Sequence record: SRR22947725_419
Length of the DNA: 54,807 nt
Reading direction: 5' to 3' (one strand)
The position numbers and the translations under genes were made by a program. Positions 10,903 through 20,649 of the stretch are shown piece by piece; position 1 is the first letter of the stretch; every line of letters begins with the position of its first letter. Below the pieces are notes generated by a model. It was not told where the DNA came from. It saw only the letters and a program-made list of their open reading frames with translations, and searched no databases.

Positions 10903-10997
10903 CAGACATTGATAGCCACTCTTTTTTTTAAAACTTATTTTAAATAAAAAGTGAGGTTGTTTTAAATTTCATACCTTTAAATCAACCTACTTACATT

Positions 10998-11228
10998 ATG
11001 GGAACCCTAATTATTTTATTTATCCTTATTGGAGTATACTTTGCTGTCGTGTTTGTTGGCGGTGTTGTGATAGATTGGCTTTTTGGTAAAGAAGATGATT
11101 ATACAACTGACCGCTATATAGACCGTTCTACGCATACCCACACGCACTATCACATACACACAGATAAAAAATCAAAAGAAATGAAAGAACTCGAGGATTT
11201 TATAAATTCAGATGAAGATGCGTATTAA
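10998..11228 (+). CDS. Small single-pass membrane protein with His-rich cytoplasmic or periplasmic tail, function unknown
   Basis: Hydrophobic N-terminal ~29 aa followed by a charged tail containing THTHTHYHIH. TACCTTTA promoter-like motif at 10972-10979. Confidence 0.7.
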   Translation: MGTLIILFILIGVYFAVVFVGGVVIDWLFGKEDDYTTDRYIDRSTHTHTHYHIHTDKKSKEMKELEDFINSDEDAY

Positions 11229-11787
11229 AACCTTACTTATGTTGCATCACAATCCCAATATTTCTTTTTTAAACCAATGTGGTCTAGTGTTAGGCAAGAG
11301 ACACAGCCTCGCGCCAGCATGGGGGAAATCAATAATTCTAATTGCAAGCATGCTGTTATCACTGTCTAGTTGTAGCGGTGATGACGCTTTTAAAACTACC
11401 TCTATCACTTTTACTGAAATTGGAAAAGGAAGTTTAGGTCCTCCTTTTCTGAATAATGGTAATAGTGTTAATCGAGTAATCGATAATTTAGATGAGTGGA
11501 GGAACTTAATTAGCACAATAGACTATGACCCACTAATTAGATATATAATAAACTTTACTGAAATTGACATTGATTTTTCTAAATCTCAAATAATTGTAGT
11601 TTTTGACAACGAAGAGATGCCACCTAGTACAACTGACATAAAAACTGTCACTGAATATGAAAATGAAATTATAGTAACCTATGCTGCAATTGGTTCTACC
11701 GCTCTGGTAGCACATCATGGACAATCTTTTCATTTAGTTAAAATACCTAGATCAAAAAAAATAATAAAATTTCAAGAGGTTTTATGA
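11212..11787 (+). CDS. PrcB C-terminal-domain-like lipoprotein; true start uncertain (signal peptide begins at 11326)
   Basis: KSIILIASMLLSLSSC lipobox. FTEIGKG..NRVI..EW, IDFSKSQIIVVF, TVTEYENEIIV and FHLVKIPR match my recollection of the PrcB_C pattern. AT-rich. Confidence 0.65.
   Translation: MKMRIKTLLMLHHNPNISFLNQCGLVLGKRHSLAPAWGKSIILIASMLLSLSSCSGDDAFKTTSITFTEIGKGSLGPPFLNNGNSVNRVIDNLDEWRNLISTIDYDPLIRYIINFTEIDIDFSKSQIIVVFDNEEMPPSTTDIKTVTEYENEIIVTYAAIGSTALVAHHGQSFHLVKIPRSKKIIKFQEVL
11293..11325 (+). repeat. REP-like imperfect palindrome, left copy (L)
   Basis: GGCAAGAGACACAGCCTCGCGCCAGCATGGGGG; same family as the three inverted copies at 11794-11912. Confidence 0.8.
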
Positions 11788-11793
11788 TTAAAA

Positions 11794-11912
11794 CCCCCTC
11801 TGGCGCGCGTCTGTGTCTCTCCCCCGCTGGCGCGAGCTTGCCTGTAGCAAACAGGGCTGTGTCTCGTGCCAATAAAAAGTAAAAAAAAACCGCTGGCGCG
11901 CCTGCGTGTCTA
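11794..11912 (-). repeat. Cluster of three REP-like copies (R1 11794-11820, R2 11821-11870, R3 11890-11912)
   Basis: Minus-strand reads: AGAGACACAGACGCGCGCCAGAGGGGG; GGCACGAGACACAGCC[19 nt]TCGCGCCAGCGGGGG; TAGACACGCAGGCGCGCCAGCGG. Confidence 0.85.
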
Positions 11913-12071
11913 TCTTAAAAAAGTGTATAATTAAACATTCAAATCCTACATACACAGCATCACAGTTCAACCGCATTTATCGCAGTAGCGTTAATTTTTT
12001 TATAAAATCGTATACCAAACACGGTTAATCGGCGTTTTTCTAGTAATTTTACATCTTATAAATATCATATA

Positions 12072-12935
12072 ATGAACAAATCCCTTATAATGCTACTCGC
12101 AATTCCGCTTATTCTTTCTTCTTGTGTATCACAAAAGAAGTATTCCGAACTCGAATCAACGCAAAAAGAAACCAAAGACCTGCTAAACTCAGCAACGGTT
12201 CGGTTAAACTCCTGTATTGATGAAAAGGCCACTAGCGATGCAAACCTAGCAGCGCTTCAGGGTCAAATCGGATTTTTAAAAGCAAACAACCAAGAACTCA
12301 TAAACAATATGGGCAACCTAACCACACTCTCACAAAAGGGTGCTGAAAACTTGGAGCGTTCGCTAGAATCATTAAAAGAAAAAGACATGCGTATTACACG
12401 TATGCAAGATGCTGTAACCCGCCGCGACTCGGTAACCCTTGCGTTAGTAACTAGCCTTAAAGGGGCGCTTGTAGACATTAACGATTCAGACATCGAAGTA
12501 AATGTTGAAAAAGGTGTGGTGTTTATTTCCATCTCCGACAAGCTGTTGTTTAAAAGCGGTAGCTATTATGTAACTACTCGTGCTAAAGAGGTATTGGGTA
12601 AAGTTGCTCGTGTAATCAACGACAAAACAGACTTGGAATTTATGGTTGAAGGACACACCGATAACGTACCGGTTAAAAAGGACAGTAATGTGCTTGTAGA
12701 CAACTGGGACTTAAGTGTTAAACGAGCTACTGCCGTAGTGCGTATTCTTCAAAACGATTTCTTGGTAGATCCAGCCCGTATGACGGCTGCAGGACGTAGC
12801 CACTACGTACCGCTCGATGATAATACAACCCTAAGTGGACGTTCACGCAACAGACGTACACGCATTGTAGTACTTCCAAAACTCGATCAGTTCTTTGAAT
12901 TGTTGGAGCAAGGCATGGAAGCTGCTTCTAAATAG
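12072..12935 (+). CDS. OmpA/MotB-family peptidoglycan-binding lipoprotein with coiled-coil stalk
   Basis: Lipobox LSSC, coiled coil, LLFKSGS, VEGHTD, NWDLSVKRA, NRRTRIV. Confidence 0.92.
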   Translation: MNKSLIMLLAIPLILSSCVSQKKYSELESTQKETKDLLNSATVRLNSCIDEKATSDANLAALQGQIGFLKANNQELINNMGNLTTLSQKGAENLERSLESLKEKDMRITRMQDAVTRRDSVTLALVTSLKGALVDINDSDIEVNVEKGVVFISISDKLLFKSGSYYVTTRAKEVLGKVARVINDKTDLEFMVEGHTDNVPVKKDSNVLVDNWDLSVKRATAVVRILQNDFLVDPARMTAAGRSHYVPLDDNTTLSGRSRNRRTRIVVLPKLDQFFELLEQGMEAASK

Positions 12936-12957
12936 TCTAGGAATATATCAAGCGTAT

Positions 12958-12982
12958 AAAGCTGCTTTCGGGCAGCTTTTTT
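12958..12982. terminator. Intrinsic terminator, probably bidirectional, between the convergent ompA-like and uvrD genes
   Basis: AAAGCTGCT-TTCG-GGCAGCTTT followed by T run. Confidence 0.85.
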
Positions 12983-15291
12983 TATTCAATAAGTTTAAGC
13001 TTTGCAAAGCGCAACAGCAGGTTCTTCTCCCCCGACTGGTCAAAACGAATCAATGCCTTGGCATCATTCCCCGTTCCCTCTAGCTTAGCCACTGTACCAA
13101 AACCAAAACGGCTATGCGATACACGTGCGCCTTGTTTGATGTCGGTCAGTGCCAGTGTTTCGCCCGAAGCTGCTTTTGAAACAGCCTTCATACGCGCCTT
13201 GGGAGGCACCGAAGCTGCAGGAGTGGGCTTTTTCTTTGGAAGTGCTTTAAAACGCACCCGATTGGGATCTGGCGCATCAAAAACCGAAGTGTCTATCATC
13301 GGTTTAAACATATAGGAGTCATTCACAACCTGATTGTCCACACAAGACGCATCGAGTTCCGTTAAAAACCGACTGGGTTCAGCATCGATAATTTTTCCCC
13401 ATCTGAAACGGGATAAGGTATACGTGAGGGTTACACGCTTCTCTGCACGGGTTAGAGCCACATAAAACAGGCGACGTTCTTCTTCCAATTCCGCACGGGT
13501 GTTTACGCTCATCGCCGATGGAAATAAATCTTCCTCCAACCCAACAATATAAACGTTTGGAAACTCCAAACCTTTGGCCAAATGAATCGTCATTAACGAT
13601 ACTGCCTTTTGATCCTTTACCTCATTATCGAAATCGGTAGCAAGGGCAACGTCTTCCAAAAACTCCGCCAACGAGCCTGTGGCGTCAACAAGTTCCTTTT
13701 GCCCTTCTACAAAATCCTTGATACCGTTAAGCAGCTCTTCAATGTTCTCAATTCGTGTGACGGCTTCAGGTGTACCCTCTTTTTTTAGTTCTGATACCAG
13801 CCCTGCTTTTTTGGTAACCAAATCTGCCAACTCAAAGGCGTCAAGTGTCGTTAACTGAATCCGAAAGGATTCCATCATCGTATAAAAATTCTGAAGCTTG
13901 GTGCGTGTGCCGGCATTGATATTGAGTGGTAATTCCTGTACTTTTTCCAATACTTGAAATAAGGTACAGTCATGCGCTTTGGTTGCAACGATAAGTTTGT
14001 CTAAAGTCGTTTGTCCAATCCCACGCATGGGGTAGTTGATAATGCGTTTTAGACTTTCCTCATCACTCGGATTGATAAGCACCCGCAAATAGGCCAATAC
14101 ATCCTTAATCTCTTTACGCTGATAAAACGAAACCCCTCCGTACACACGATACGGGATATTGCGTTTTCGAAGCGAATCTTCCATTGCCCTAGACTGGGCA
14201 TTGGTGCGGTACAGAATTGCAAATTCCTCATAACCGAGTTGGGTTTGCATGGCACGTTCAAAAATATCTCCTGCTACATAGCGCCCCTCTTCCCCATCTG
14301 TTGGGCTACGATGAATAATGATTTTGTGTCCTTCTGCATTGGCAGTCCACACATTTTTTTCCAACCGATTTTGGTTGTGTGCAATCACCGCATTTGCAGC
14401 TTGTACAATGGTTCCCGAAGAGCGGTAGTTTTGTTCCAAGCGATATACTTTAACATCGCCATAGTCTCGTTGGAAATTCAGAATGTTTTGAATATTAGCA
14501 CCACGAAATGCATAAATACTCTGCGCATCATCGCCAACAACACAAATGTTTTGGTATTTATCGGCAAGCGCACGGACAATAAGGTACTGGGAGTGGTTGG
14601 TATCTTGGTACTCATCAACCAATATATAGCGAAAACGCTCTTGGTATTTGGCAAGTACATCAGGAAAACGGTTTAACAACTCATTGGTTTTAAGCAATAG
14701 GTCATCAAAATCCATAGCGCCAGCCTTAAAGCACCTGTCTACATATTCCTTATAAATGGTTCCCATTTCTGGGCGTTTGGATTCTCTGTCGGCCTCTAGA
14801 AGTTCTGAGTTGTTGTAATACGCACGAACGGTAATAAGGCTATTTTTAAAGGAAGAAATCCGAGAACGAATCTGTTTTACTTTATATAAGTCCTTATCGA
14901 GGTTTAATTCTTTGATAATCGAAGCGAGTAAACGTTCAGAATCTTGGGTGTCGTATATGGTAAAGCTAGACGGATAGCCCAAGCGATCTGCCTCAGAACG
15001 AAGGATACGTGCAAAAACCGAGTGAAAGGTTCCCATCCACAAGTTTTTGGCTTCACTCTCTCCAACGATCTCCGCAATACGTGCTTTCATTTCACGCGCA
15101 GCCTTATTGGTAAACGTAAGGGCTAAGATGGAAAAAGAATCCACACCCTGCTGCATCAAATAGGCCATTCGATAGGTCAAAACCCGAGTTTTACCCGAGC
15201 CTGCACCCGCAATAACCATAAGGGGTCCTTCCTTGTGAACGGTTGGTTTCTGCTGTGCCTCGTTAAGTAATTTTAAATAGTCTTCCAACAC
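12982..15291 (-). CDS. uvrD: ATP-dependent DNA helicase UvrD/PcrA
   Basis: AGAGSGKT, LTFTNKAA, VDEYQD, VGDDAQSIY, LEQNYRS, TIHLAKGLEF, YVALTRA, C-terminal Tudor-like domain. Probable start is GTG 15291 or TTG 15288. Confidence 0.96.
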   Translation of the reverse strand: MLEDYLKLLNEAQQKPTVHKEGPLMVIAGAGSGKTRVLTYRMAYLMQQGVDSFSILALTFTNKAAREMKARIAEIVGESEAKNLWMGTFHSVFARILRSEADRLGYPSSFTIYDTQDSERLLASIIKELNLDKDLYKVKQIRSRISSFKNSLITVRAYYNNSELLEADRESKRPEMGTIYKEYVDRCFKAGAMDFDDLLLKTNELLNRFPDVLAKYQERFRYILVDEYQDTNHSQYLIVRALADKYQNICVVGDDAQSIYAFRGANIQNILNFQRDYGDVKVYRLEQNYRSSGTIVQAANAVIAHNQNRLEKNVWTANAEGHKIIIHRSPTDGEEGRYVAGDIFERAMQTQLGYEEFAILYRTNAQSRAMEDSLRKRNIPYRVYGGVSFYQRKEIKDVLAYLRVLINPSDEESLKRIINYPMRGIGQTTLDKLIVATKAHDCTLFQVLEKVQELPLNINAGTRTKLQNFYTMMESFRIQLTTLDAFELADLVTKKAGLVSELKKEGTPEAVTRIENIEELLNGIKDFVEGQKELVDATGSLAEFLEDVALATDFDNEVKDQKAVSLMTIHLAKGLEFPNVYIVGLEEDLFPSAMSVNTRAELEEERRLFYVALTRAEKRVTLTYTLSRFRWGKIIDAEPSRFLTELDASCVDNQVVNDSYMFKPMIDTSVFDAPDPNRVRFKALPKKKPTPAASVPPKARMKAVSKAASGETLALTDIKQGARVSHSRFGFGTVAKLEGTGNDAKALIRFDQSGEKNLLLRFAKLKLIE

Positions 15292-15383
15292 GGATAATAA
15301 GTAGTGAAAATAACCAAACACAAACGCTTGGTAAAGTAGCAACACAAATAGTTATTAACAGGAAACTACTATCTTCGTTTTTC

Positions 15384-17483
15384 ATGTCAGATGTCCTACA
15401 AAAACCGATTGACTACCTGAAAGGCGTTGGGCCAAACCGTGCGCAATTGCTCCGAAAAGACTTGGGCATTCATACGGTACAGGACTTATTGTACTTTTTT
15501 CCGCACCGCTATATCGATAGAAGCCAATATTACACCCCGTCTGACATTCCCAATACAACGGCCGAAGTACAGGTTAAAGGATCCATCATTGACTTGGAAA
15601 TTATTAAGCAAAAACGAGGAAGTCGTTTGGTTGCCACATTTAGTGACGGACAAAATACCATGGAGTTGGTTTGGTTTAGAGGCCATCAATGGATTCAAAA
15701 ATCGCTTCAAAGCAACACACCCTATGTAGCCTTTGGCAGATTAAATTGGTTTGGGAAAAAATGCTCTATTGCACATCCAGAGCTTGAATTGCTTGAAGAC
15801 CATGAACAACGAAAAGGAAATTTCCAGCCGGTATATCCATCTACAGAAAGCTTGCTTAAAAGCGGGATTTCGCAACGGGTAGTCCGACAAATAATGATAC
15901 ACCTTTTTGAGGAGCTACAAGGCAGCTTCCAAGAAGTGCTTCCCCCTGAAATCCTTAAACAATACGCGCTTATTGATAAAAACAGTGCGCTTACACGTAT
16001 CCACTTTCCAAGCACCCAAGAAGAACTCGCAAAAGCGCAGTACCGCTTAAAGTTTGAGGAATTATTCTTTCTACAATTGCAATTAGCGCTGAAAAAACGG
16101 AACCACAAGCAAAAGATTCGAGGAATTCCTTTCCCAACCTTAGGCACGTATTTCAATGATTTTTACAACAACCACCTTCCCTTTCCACTTACCGAAGCAC
16201 AAAAGCGTGTGATTCGAGAAATCCGAACGGACTTAAAAGGCGAAGCCCAAATGAATCGCTTGCTACAGGGTGATGTGGGTTCTGGAAAAACCATCGTTGC
16301 TGTGTTAAGCATGTTAATGGCTGTAGACAACAACATGCAGGCCACGCTAGTAGCACCAACCGAGATTCTAGCACAACAGCATTACAAAAGCATACAAGAG
16401 TTCTTAAAACCCCTAGGCGTTACAGTTGGCTTACTAACTGGATCGGTGACAAAAAGCGCACGTGTGCCCTTATTGGATCAATTGGCAAACGGAGACTTAC
16501 ATATCCTAATCGGCACACATGCTGTCCTAGAACAACCCGTTACATTCCATCAATTGGGCTTGGCAATTGTCGATGAGCAACATCGATTTGGTGTAGCGCA
16601 GCGTGCAAAATTATGGCGAAAAAACAAACGTCCACCCAATGTTTTGGTGATGACGGCAACTCCTATTCCACGCACTCTGGCCATGACAGCCTATGGAGAT
16701 TTGGACGTGTCGGTAATCGACGAACTCCCCCCAGGACGTAAACCCATTACCACCTTACACGGTTACGACAGCAAACGCCTTGCGATATTTCAGTTTATGC
16801 GTGAAGAAATAGCAAAAGGACGTCAGGTATATGTGGTGTATCCGTTAATTCAGGAATCTAAGGTGTTGGACTACAAAGACCTTATGGATGGATATGAAAG
16901 TATTGTTAGGGAGTTTCCATTGCCCGATTTTCAGGTTAGCATTGTTCATGGGAAAATGAAAGCGGAAGATAAGGCCTATGAGATGGAGCGTTTTGTTTCT
17001 GGGAAAACACAAATCATGGTTGCCACAACAGTGATTGAGGTTGGTGTTGATGTACCCAACGCCAGTATTATGATTATTGAAAGTGCGGAACGTTTTGGTT
17101 TATCGCAATTGCATCAGTTACGAGGACGCGTTGGTCGTGGAGCCAACAAAAGCTATTGTGTATTGATGACAGGAAATAAGCTCAGTCAAGATGCACAAAC
17201 ACGGATTCAAACCATGGTGCGCTCACAAGATGGCTTTGAGCTTGCAGAAGTAGATTTGCAACTCCGTGGCCCTGGTGATCTTATGGGAACCCAACAAAGT
17301 GGGATCCTTCAGTTTATCATTGCGGATTTAAAAAAGGATGCCGACTTACTTAAAACCGTCCGTTATGCCGTAGATAAACTCGTGTTAAATGACCCAACAT
17401 TTGACCGTGTAGAGAATCAGGCATTGCGTCAAGCATTGGCCTTAACACAACAAGGAAAAAGTATTTGGAAGTACATCGGATAA
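15384..17483 (+). CDS. recG: ATP-dependent DNA helicase RecG
   Basis: LKGVGP, QGDVGSGKT, DEQHRFG, MTATPIPRT, QLHQLRGRVGRG, RGPGDLMG. Confidence 0.98.
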   Translation: MSDVLQKPIDYLKGVGPNRAQLLRKDLGIHTVQDLLYFFPHRYIDRSQYYTPSDIPNTTAEVQVKGSIIDLEIIKQKRGSRLVATFSDGQNTMELVWFRGHQWIQKSLQSNTPYVAFGRLNWFGKKCSIAHPELELLEDHEQRKGNFQPVYPSTESLLKSGISQRVVRQIMIHLFEELQGSFQEVLPPEILKQYALIDKNSALTRIHFPSTQEELAKAQYRLKFEELFFLQLQLALKKRNHKQKIRGIPFPTLGTYFNDFYNNHLPFPLTEAQKRVIREIRTDLKGEAQMNRLLQGDVGSGKTIVAVLSMLMAVDNNMQATLVAPTEILAQQHYKSIQEFLKPLGVTVGLLTGSVTKSARVPLLDQLANGDLHILIGTHAVLEQPVTFHQLGLAIVDEQHRFGVAQRAKLWRKNKRPPNVLVMTATPIPRTLAMTAYGDLDVSVIDELPPGRKPITTLHGYDSKRLAIFQFMREEIAKGRQVYVVYPLIQESKVLDYKDLMDGYESIVREFPLPDFQVSIVHGKMKAEDKAYEMERFVSGKTQIMVATTVIEVGVDVPNASIMIIESAERFGLSQLHQLRGRVGRGANKSYCVLMTGNKLSQDAQTRIQTMVRSQDGFELAEVDLQLRGPGDLMGTQQSGILQFIIADLKKDADLLKTVRYAVDKLVLNDPTFDRVENQALRQALALTQQGKSIWKYIG

Positions 17484-17510
17484 GGAATTAAAAAAAATAC
17501 ATCTTAATTG

Positions 17511-17518
17511 TATCTTTG
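17511..17518 (+). promoter_or_regulatory. -7 promoter element TATCTTTG for pheT
   Basis: Exact TAnnTTTG, 17 nt before the ATG. Confidence 0.65.
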
Positions 17519-17535
17519 CCATATAAATAACAATC

Positions 17536-19941
17536 ATGCATATTTCGTTTAATTGGCTTCAGGATTTTATTCAACCTAATTTGGATGCCACTGCTATGAG
17601 TACGATTCTAACCGATTTGGGCTTAGAAGTAGAAGGAGTAACTCATTACCATTCCATAAAAGGAGGGCTAGAAGGTGTTGTTATTGGCAAAGTTATTAGC
17701 TGTGAGAAACATCAAAATGCAGATAAACTTAAGGTTACCCAAGTTGATATCGGACTAGATGAACCCGTGCAGATTGTTTGTGGCGCACCAAATGTTGCCG
17801 CCGGACAAACCGTCCCTGTAGCAACGATAGGCACTACCCTATTCACAGAATCTGGGGAGTCTTTTGAAATCAAAAAAAGTAAAATCCGTGGAGAACTTAG
17901 CCAAGGAATGATTTGTGCTGAAGATGAATTGAGCTTAGGAACTGGACATGATGGTATTATGGTATTGGAAAACCATCACAAAGCAGGTACACCCTGTAAA
18001 GATGTATTTTCTATCGTCGATGACAAAGTATTTGAAATTGGACTTACTCCCAATCGTTCTGATGCAATGAGTCACTTTGGCGTTGCACGTGATTTACGTG
18101 CTGCACTACTGCAAAAGCAAGAAACGCCGGCACTCATTACACCGTCTACTAGCTCGTTTCATATTGATAGCAATAAGACTCCGTTGCAAGTTGATGTAAA
18201 AGACAATCAGGCAGCACCACGCTATTGTGGCTTACGAATTTCAGATGTTGAAGTGAAGCCATCACCCGAATATATTCAACACCGCCTTAAGGCCATTGGG
18301 TTAAAACCAATTAACAATATTGTTGATGCCACCAACTATGTGTTGCATGAGCTTGGTCAACCGCTCCATGCCTTTGATGCATCAAAAATTAAAACTGGTG
18401 TTGTGCGTGTTCAAAAGCTAAAAGCAGGTACAGCATTTGTAACCCTAGATGGTGTAGAACGAAAACTCAGTAATGAAGACTTGGTTATTTGTGATGGAGA
18501 TACACCCATGTGTTTGGCAGGGGTTTTTGGTGGGCTTGATTCGGGGGTTTCAGAAAACACAACTGAAATTTTTCTAGAAAGCGCCTATTTTGACCCAATT
18601 AGTATTCGTAAAACTGCCAAGCGCCACGGCCTTAGTACCGACGCATCCTTTCGCTACGAACGCAGCATAGACATTAACCTTGTTAAGTACGCATTAAAGC
18701 GTGCTGCCTTATTAATCAAAGAAGTTGCTGGTGGATCTATATCCTCTGAAATTACGGACGAATACCTTGTAAAGCATGAGCCCAATCAGTTGATTTTGAA
18801 GTATGAGTACATGAATAAACTTATTGGTTTTGAAATTCCTAGAGAATCGATAAAACAAATTCTACATGGTCTGGACATTAAAATTACACACGTAACCGAA
18901 ACGAGTGTTGGACTCGAAGTTCCAACATACCGTAGCGATGTTACGCGTCCTGCAGATATCGTTGAAGAAGTATTACGGGTTTATGGCTACAACAACATTC
19001 CATCTGGAACGAAGCTTAACAGCTCTATTCCTGACTTTAATTCACAAACATCAAATGAGAATTACAAACGCATTACGCAACAATTTGTAGCGCAAGGATT
19101 TTATGAGTTGTATAACAATTCGTTAACCACACCAAAGCATGGTGGTTTAGAAAACGAAATGGTGAAAATTCTTAACCCGTTGAGTAGTGAGTTATCTGTT
19201 ATGCGCACCAACATACTATATGGAATGTTAGAAGCGGTTGCGTTTAACAGCAATAGGCAGCAACAGAATCTTCGCTTTTTTGAATTTGGAAACACCTACC
19301 ACAAAACAGATGATGGGGTTATCCAAGAAGAAACCTTAGGCGTTGTAGTTACAGGAGAGCAAACACCAGTTCACTGGCGCTCTAATAACCAAAAGGCGGA
19401 TTTCTTTTATCTAAAAGGAGTTATTGGATCGCTTTTAAACCGGCTAGGAATTGTAGTTGTTGAAACTCCAGCAAATCACCCATTTTTTAAAGAGGGAATC
19501 CAATTAGTCCATAACAATAAAGTTCTTGGTGTATTAGGGGTTCTAGCAACCGATAAATTCGAAGGAATTCGTATTGAACAAGATGTGTTTGGTTGTACCC
19601 TATCGCTTAAGGGGTTAACTGAAGCGGCACAAGAGCAAATGCAAGTGGTCTCGTTATCTAAATTTCCATCGGTTCAACGCGATTTAGCGCTGTTGGTAGA
19701 TCAAAACGTAAGCTTTGAAGCGCTTCACGAAATTGCGCTAAAAACAGAAAAACAGCTATTAAAAGAGGTTCGATTATTTGATGTATTTACTGGAAAAGGC
19801 GTTCCAGACGGTAAGAAATCGTATGCACTAAGTTTCACGCTTGTCGATAACACCTCGACACTTACCGATAAACAAATTGACAAAGTAATCCAAAAAATTG
19901 CAGCTCAGTATGAAAAACAGCTTGGAGCATCACTCCGATAA
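17536..19941 (+). CDS. pheT: Phenylalanine--tRNA ligase beta subunit
   Basis: QIVCGAPNV, LTPNRSD, ELGQPLHAFD, TDASFRYER, DIVEEVLRVYGY, FDX-ACB domain FPSVQRDLAL. Confidence 0.98.
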   Translation: MHISFNWLQDFIQPNLDATAMSTILTDLGLEVEGVTHYHSIKGGLEGVVIGKVISCEKHQNADKLKVTQVDIGLDEPVQIVCGAPNVAAGQTVPVATIGTTLFTESGESFEIKKSKIRGELSQGMICAEDELSLGTGHDGIMVLENHHKAGTPCKDVFSIVDDKVFEIGLTPNRSDAMSHFGVARDLRAALLQKQETPALITPSTSSFHIDSNKTPLQVDVKDNQAAPRYCGLRISDVEVKPSPEYIQHRLKAIGLKPINNIVDATNYVLHELGQPLHAFDASKIKTGVVRVQKLKAGTAFVTLDGVERKLSNEDLVICDGDTPMCLAGVFGGLDSGVSENTTEIFLESAYFDPISIRKTAKRHGLSTDASFRYERSIDINLVKYALKRAALLIKEVAGGSISSEITDEYLVKHEPNQLILKYEYMNKLIGFEIPRESIKQILHGLDIKITHVTETSVGLEVPTYRSDVTRPADIVEEVLRVYGYNNIPSGTKLNSSIPDFNSQTSNENYKRITQQFVAQGFYELYNNSLTTPKHGGLENEMVKILNPLSSELSVMRTNILYGMLEAVAFNSNRQQQNLRFFEFGNTYHKTDDGVIQEETLGVVVTGEQTPVHWRSNNQKADFFYLKGVIGSLLNRLGIVVVETPANHPFFKEGIQLVHNNKVLGVLGVLATDKFEGIRIEQDVFGCTLSLKGLTEAAQEQMQVVSLSKFPSVQRDLALLVDQNVSFEALHEIALKTEKQLLKEVRLFDVFTGKGVPDGKKSYALSFTLVDNTSTLTDKQIDKVIQKIAAQYEKQLGASLR

Positions 19942-20017
19942 AGGTTTTGTCGATCAACACTTAAACAGTTGATTATTTGATTGTTATGCGTATATTAGTA
20001 GGGCTAAAAAGAAAAAT

Positions 20018-20649
20018 ATGATTTCATCTACCAATATTAGAACGGAGTTAGATTCCATTAAACGCGTTGAAAAAACTATTGAATTATTTGATAAAAATAC
20101 TTTTGATATTGATTCCGTTGAGTCCTCGCGTATTTATCACATTAGTCAAATCAAACAAATTTGCATTGATTACCGCTTACGCTTTTTAAATGCCAAACTT
20201 TTTAAGGGGAGTTTTCCTATTGAGGCGGTGGAGCAAATCAAGATGATTCAGGAGCAACACCAAACGGAATTAACAGATTTAAGGATCATGGCGCCTTCAA
20301 AGCTATTTAAACTAGAAAACGCCGATGACCCATTACTCTTCGCTCCTATGGGAAATGGTTATTATTACCTTATTCATCAATGGGGAAACGACTTACATCC
20401 ACTTCGAAAATGGTTGGTTTGGCCGTTTAAAAACTTAATTAACATGTGCCTTGCTACCTTAGTAGCAAGTTTTTTTCTTTCGTTATTGGTTCCCATTTCT
20501 TTATTTACACCAAACCCGACCATTAGTGACTTTATGCTGATTTATTTTTTCATGTTTAAATCTCTTGCAGCTATTGTCATTTATTACACGTTTGCTCGGG
20601 GGAAAAATGTAAATCAGGCTATTTGGAACAGCAAATACCACAACAGCTA

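Noticed and set aside
11794-11912. CRISPR array or integron attC array
   Set aside because: Copies are degenerate and unevenly spaced (0 and about 19 nt apart), one family member is inverted, and there is no cas gene or integrase nearby.
11788-11976. 62-aa minus-strand ORF
   Set aside because: It runs through the GC-rich repeat cluster and has no protein-like features.
12072-12935. Flagellar motor protein MotB
   Set aside because: It has a lipoprotein signal rather than a TM helix with the conserved Asp, and there is no motA partner.
19952-19974. pheT terminator (ATCAAC-N9-GTTGAT)
   Set aside because: Short AT-rich stem, large loop and weak U tract; not enough support.
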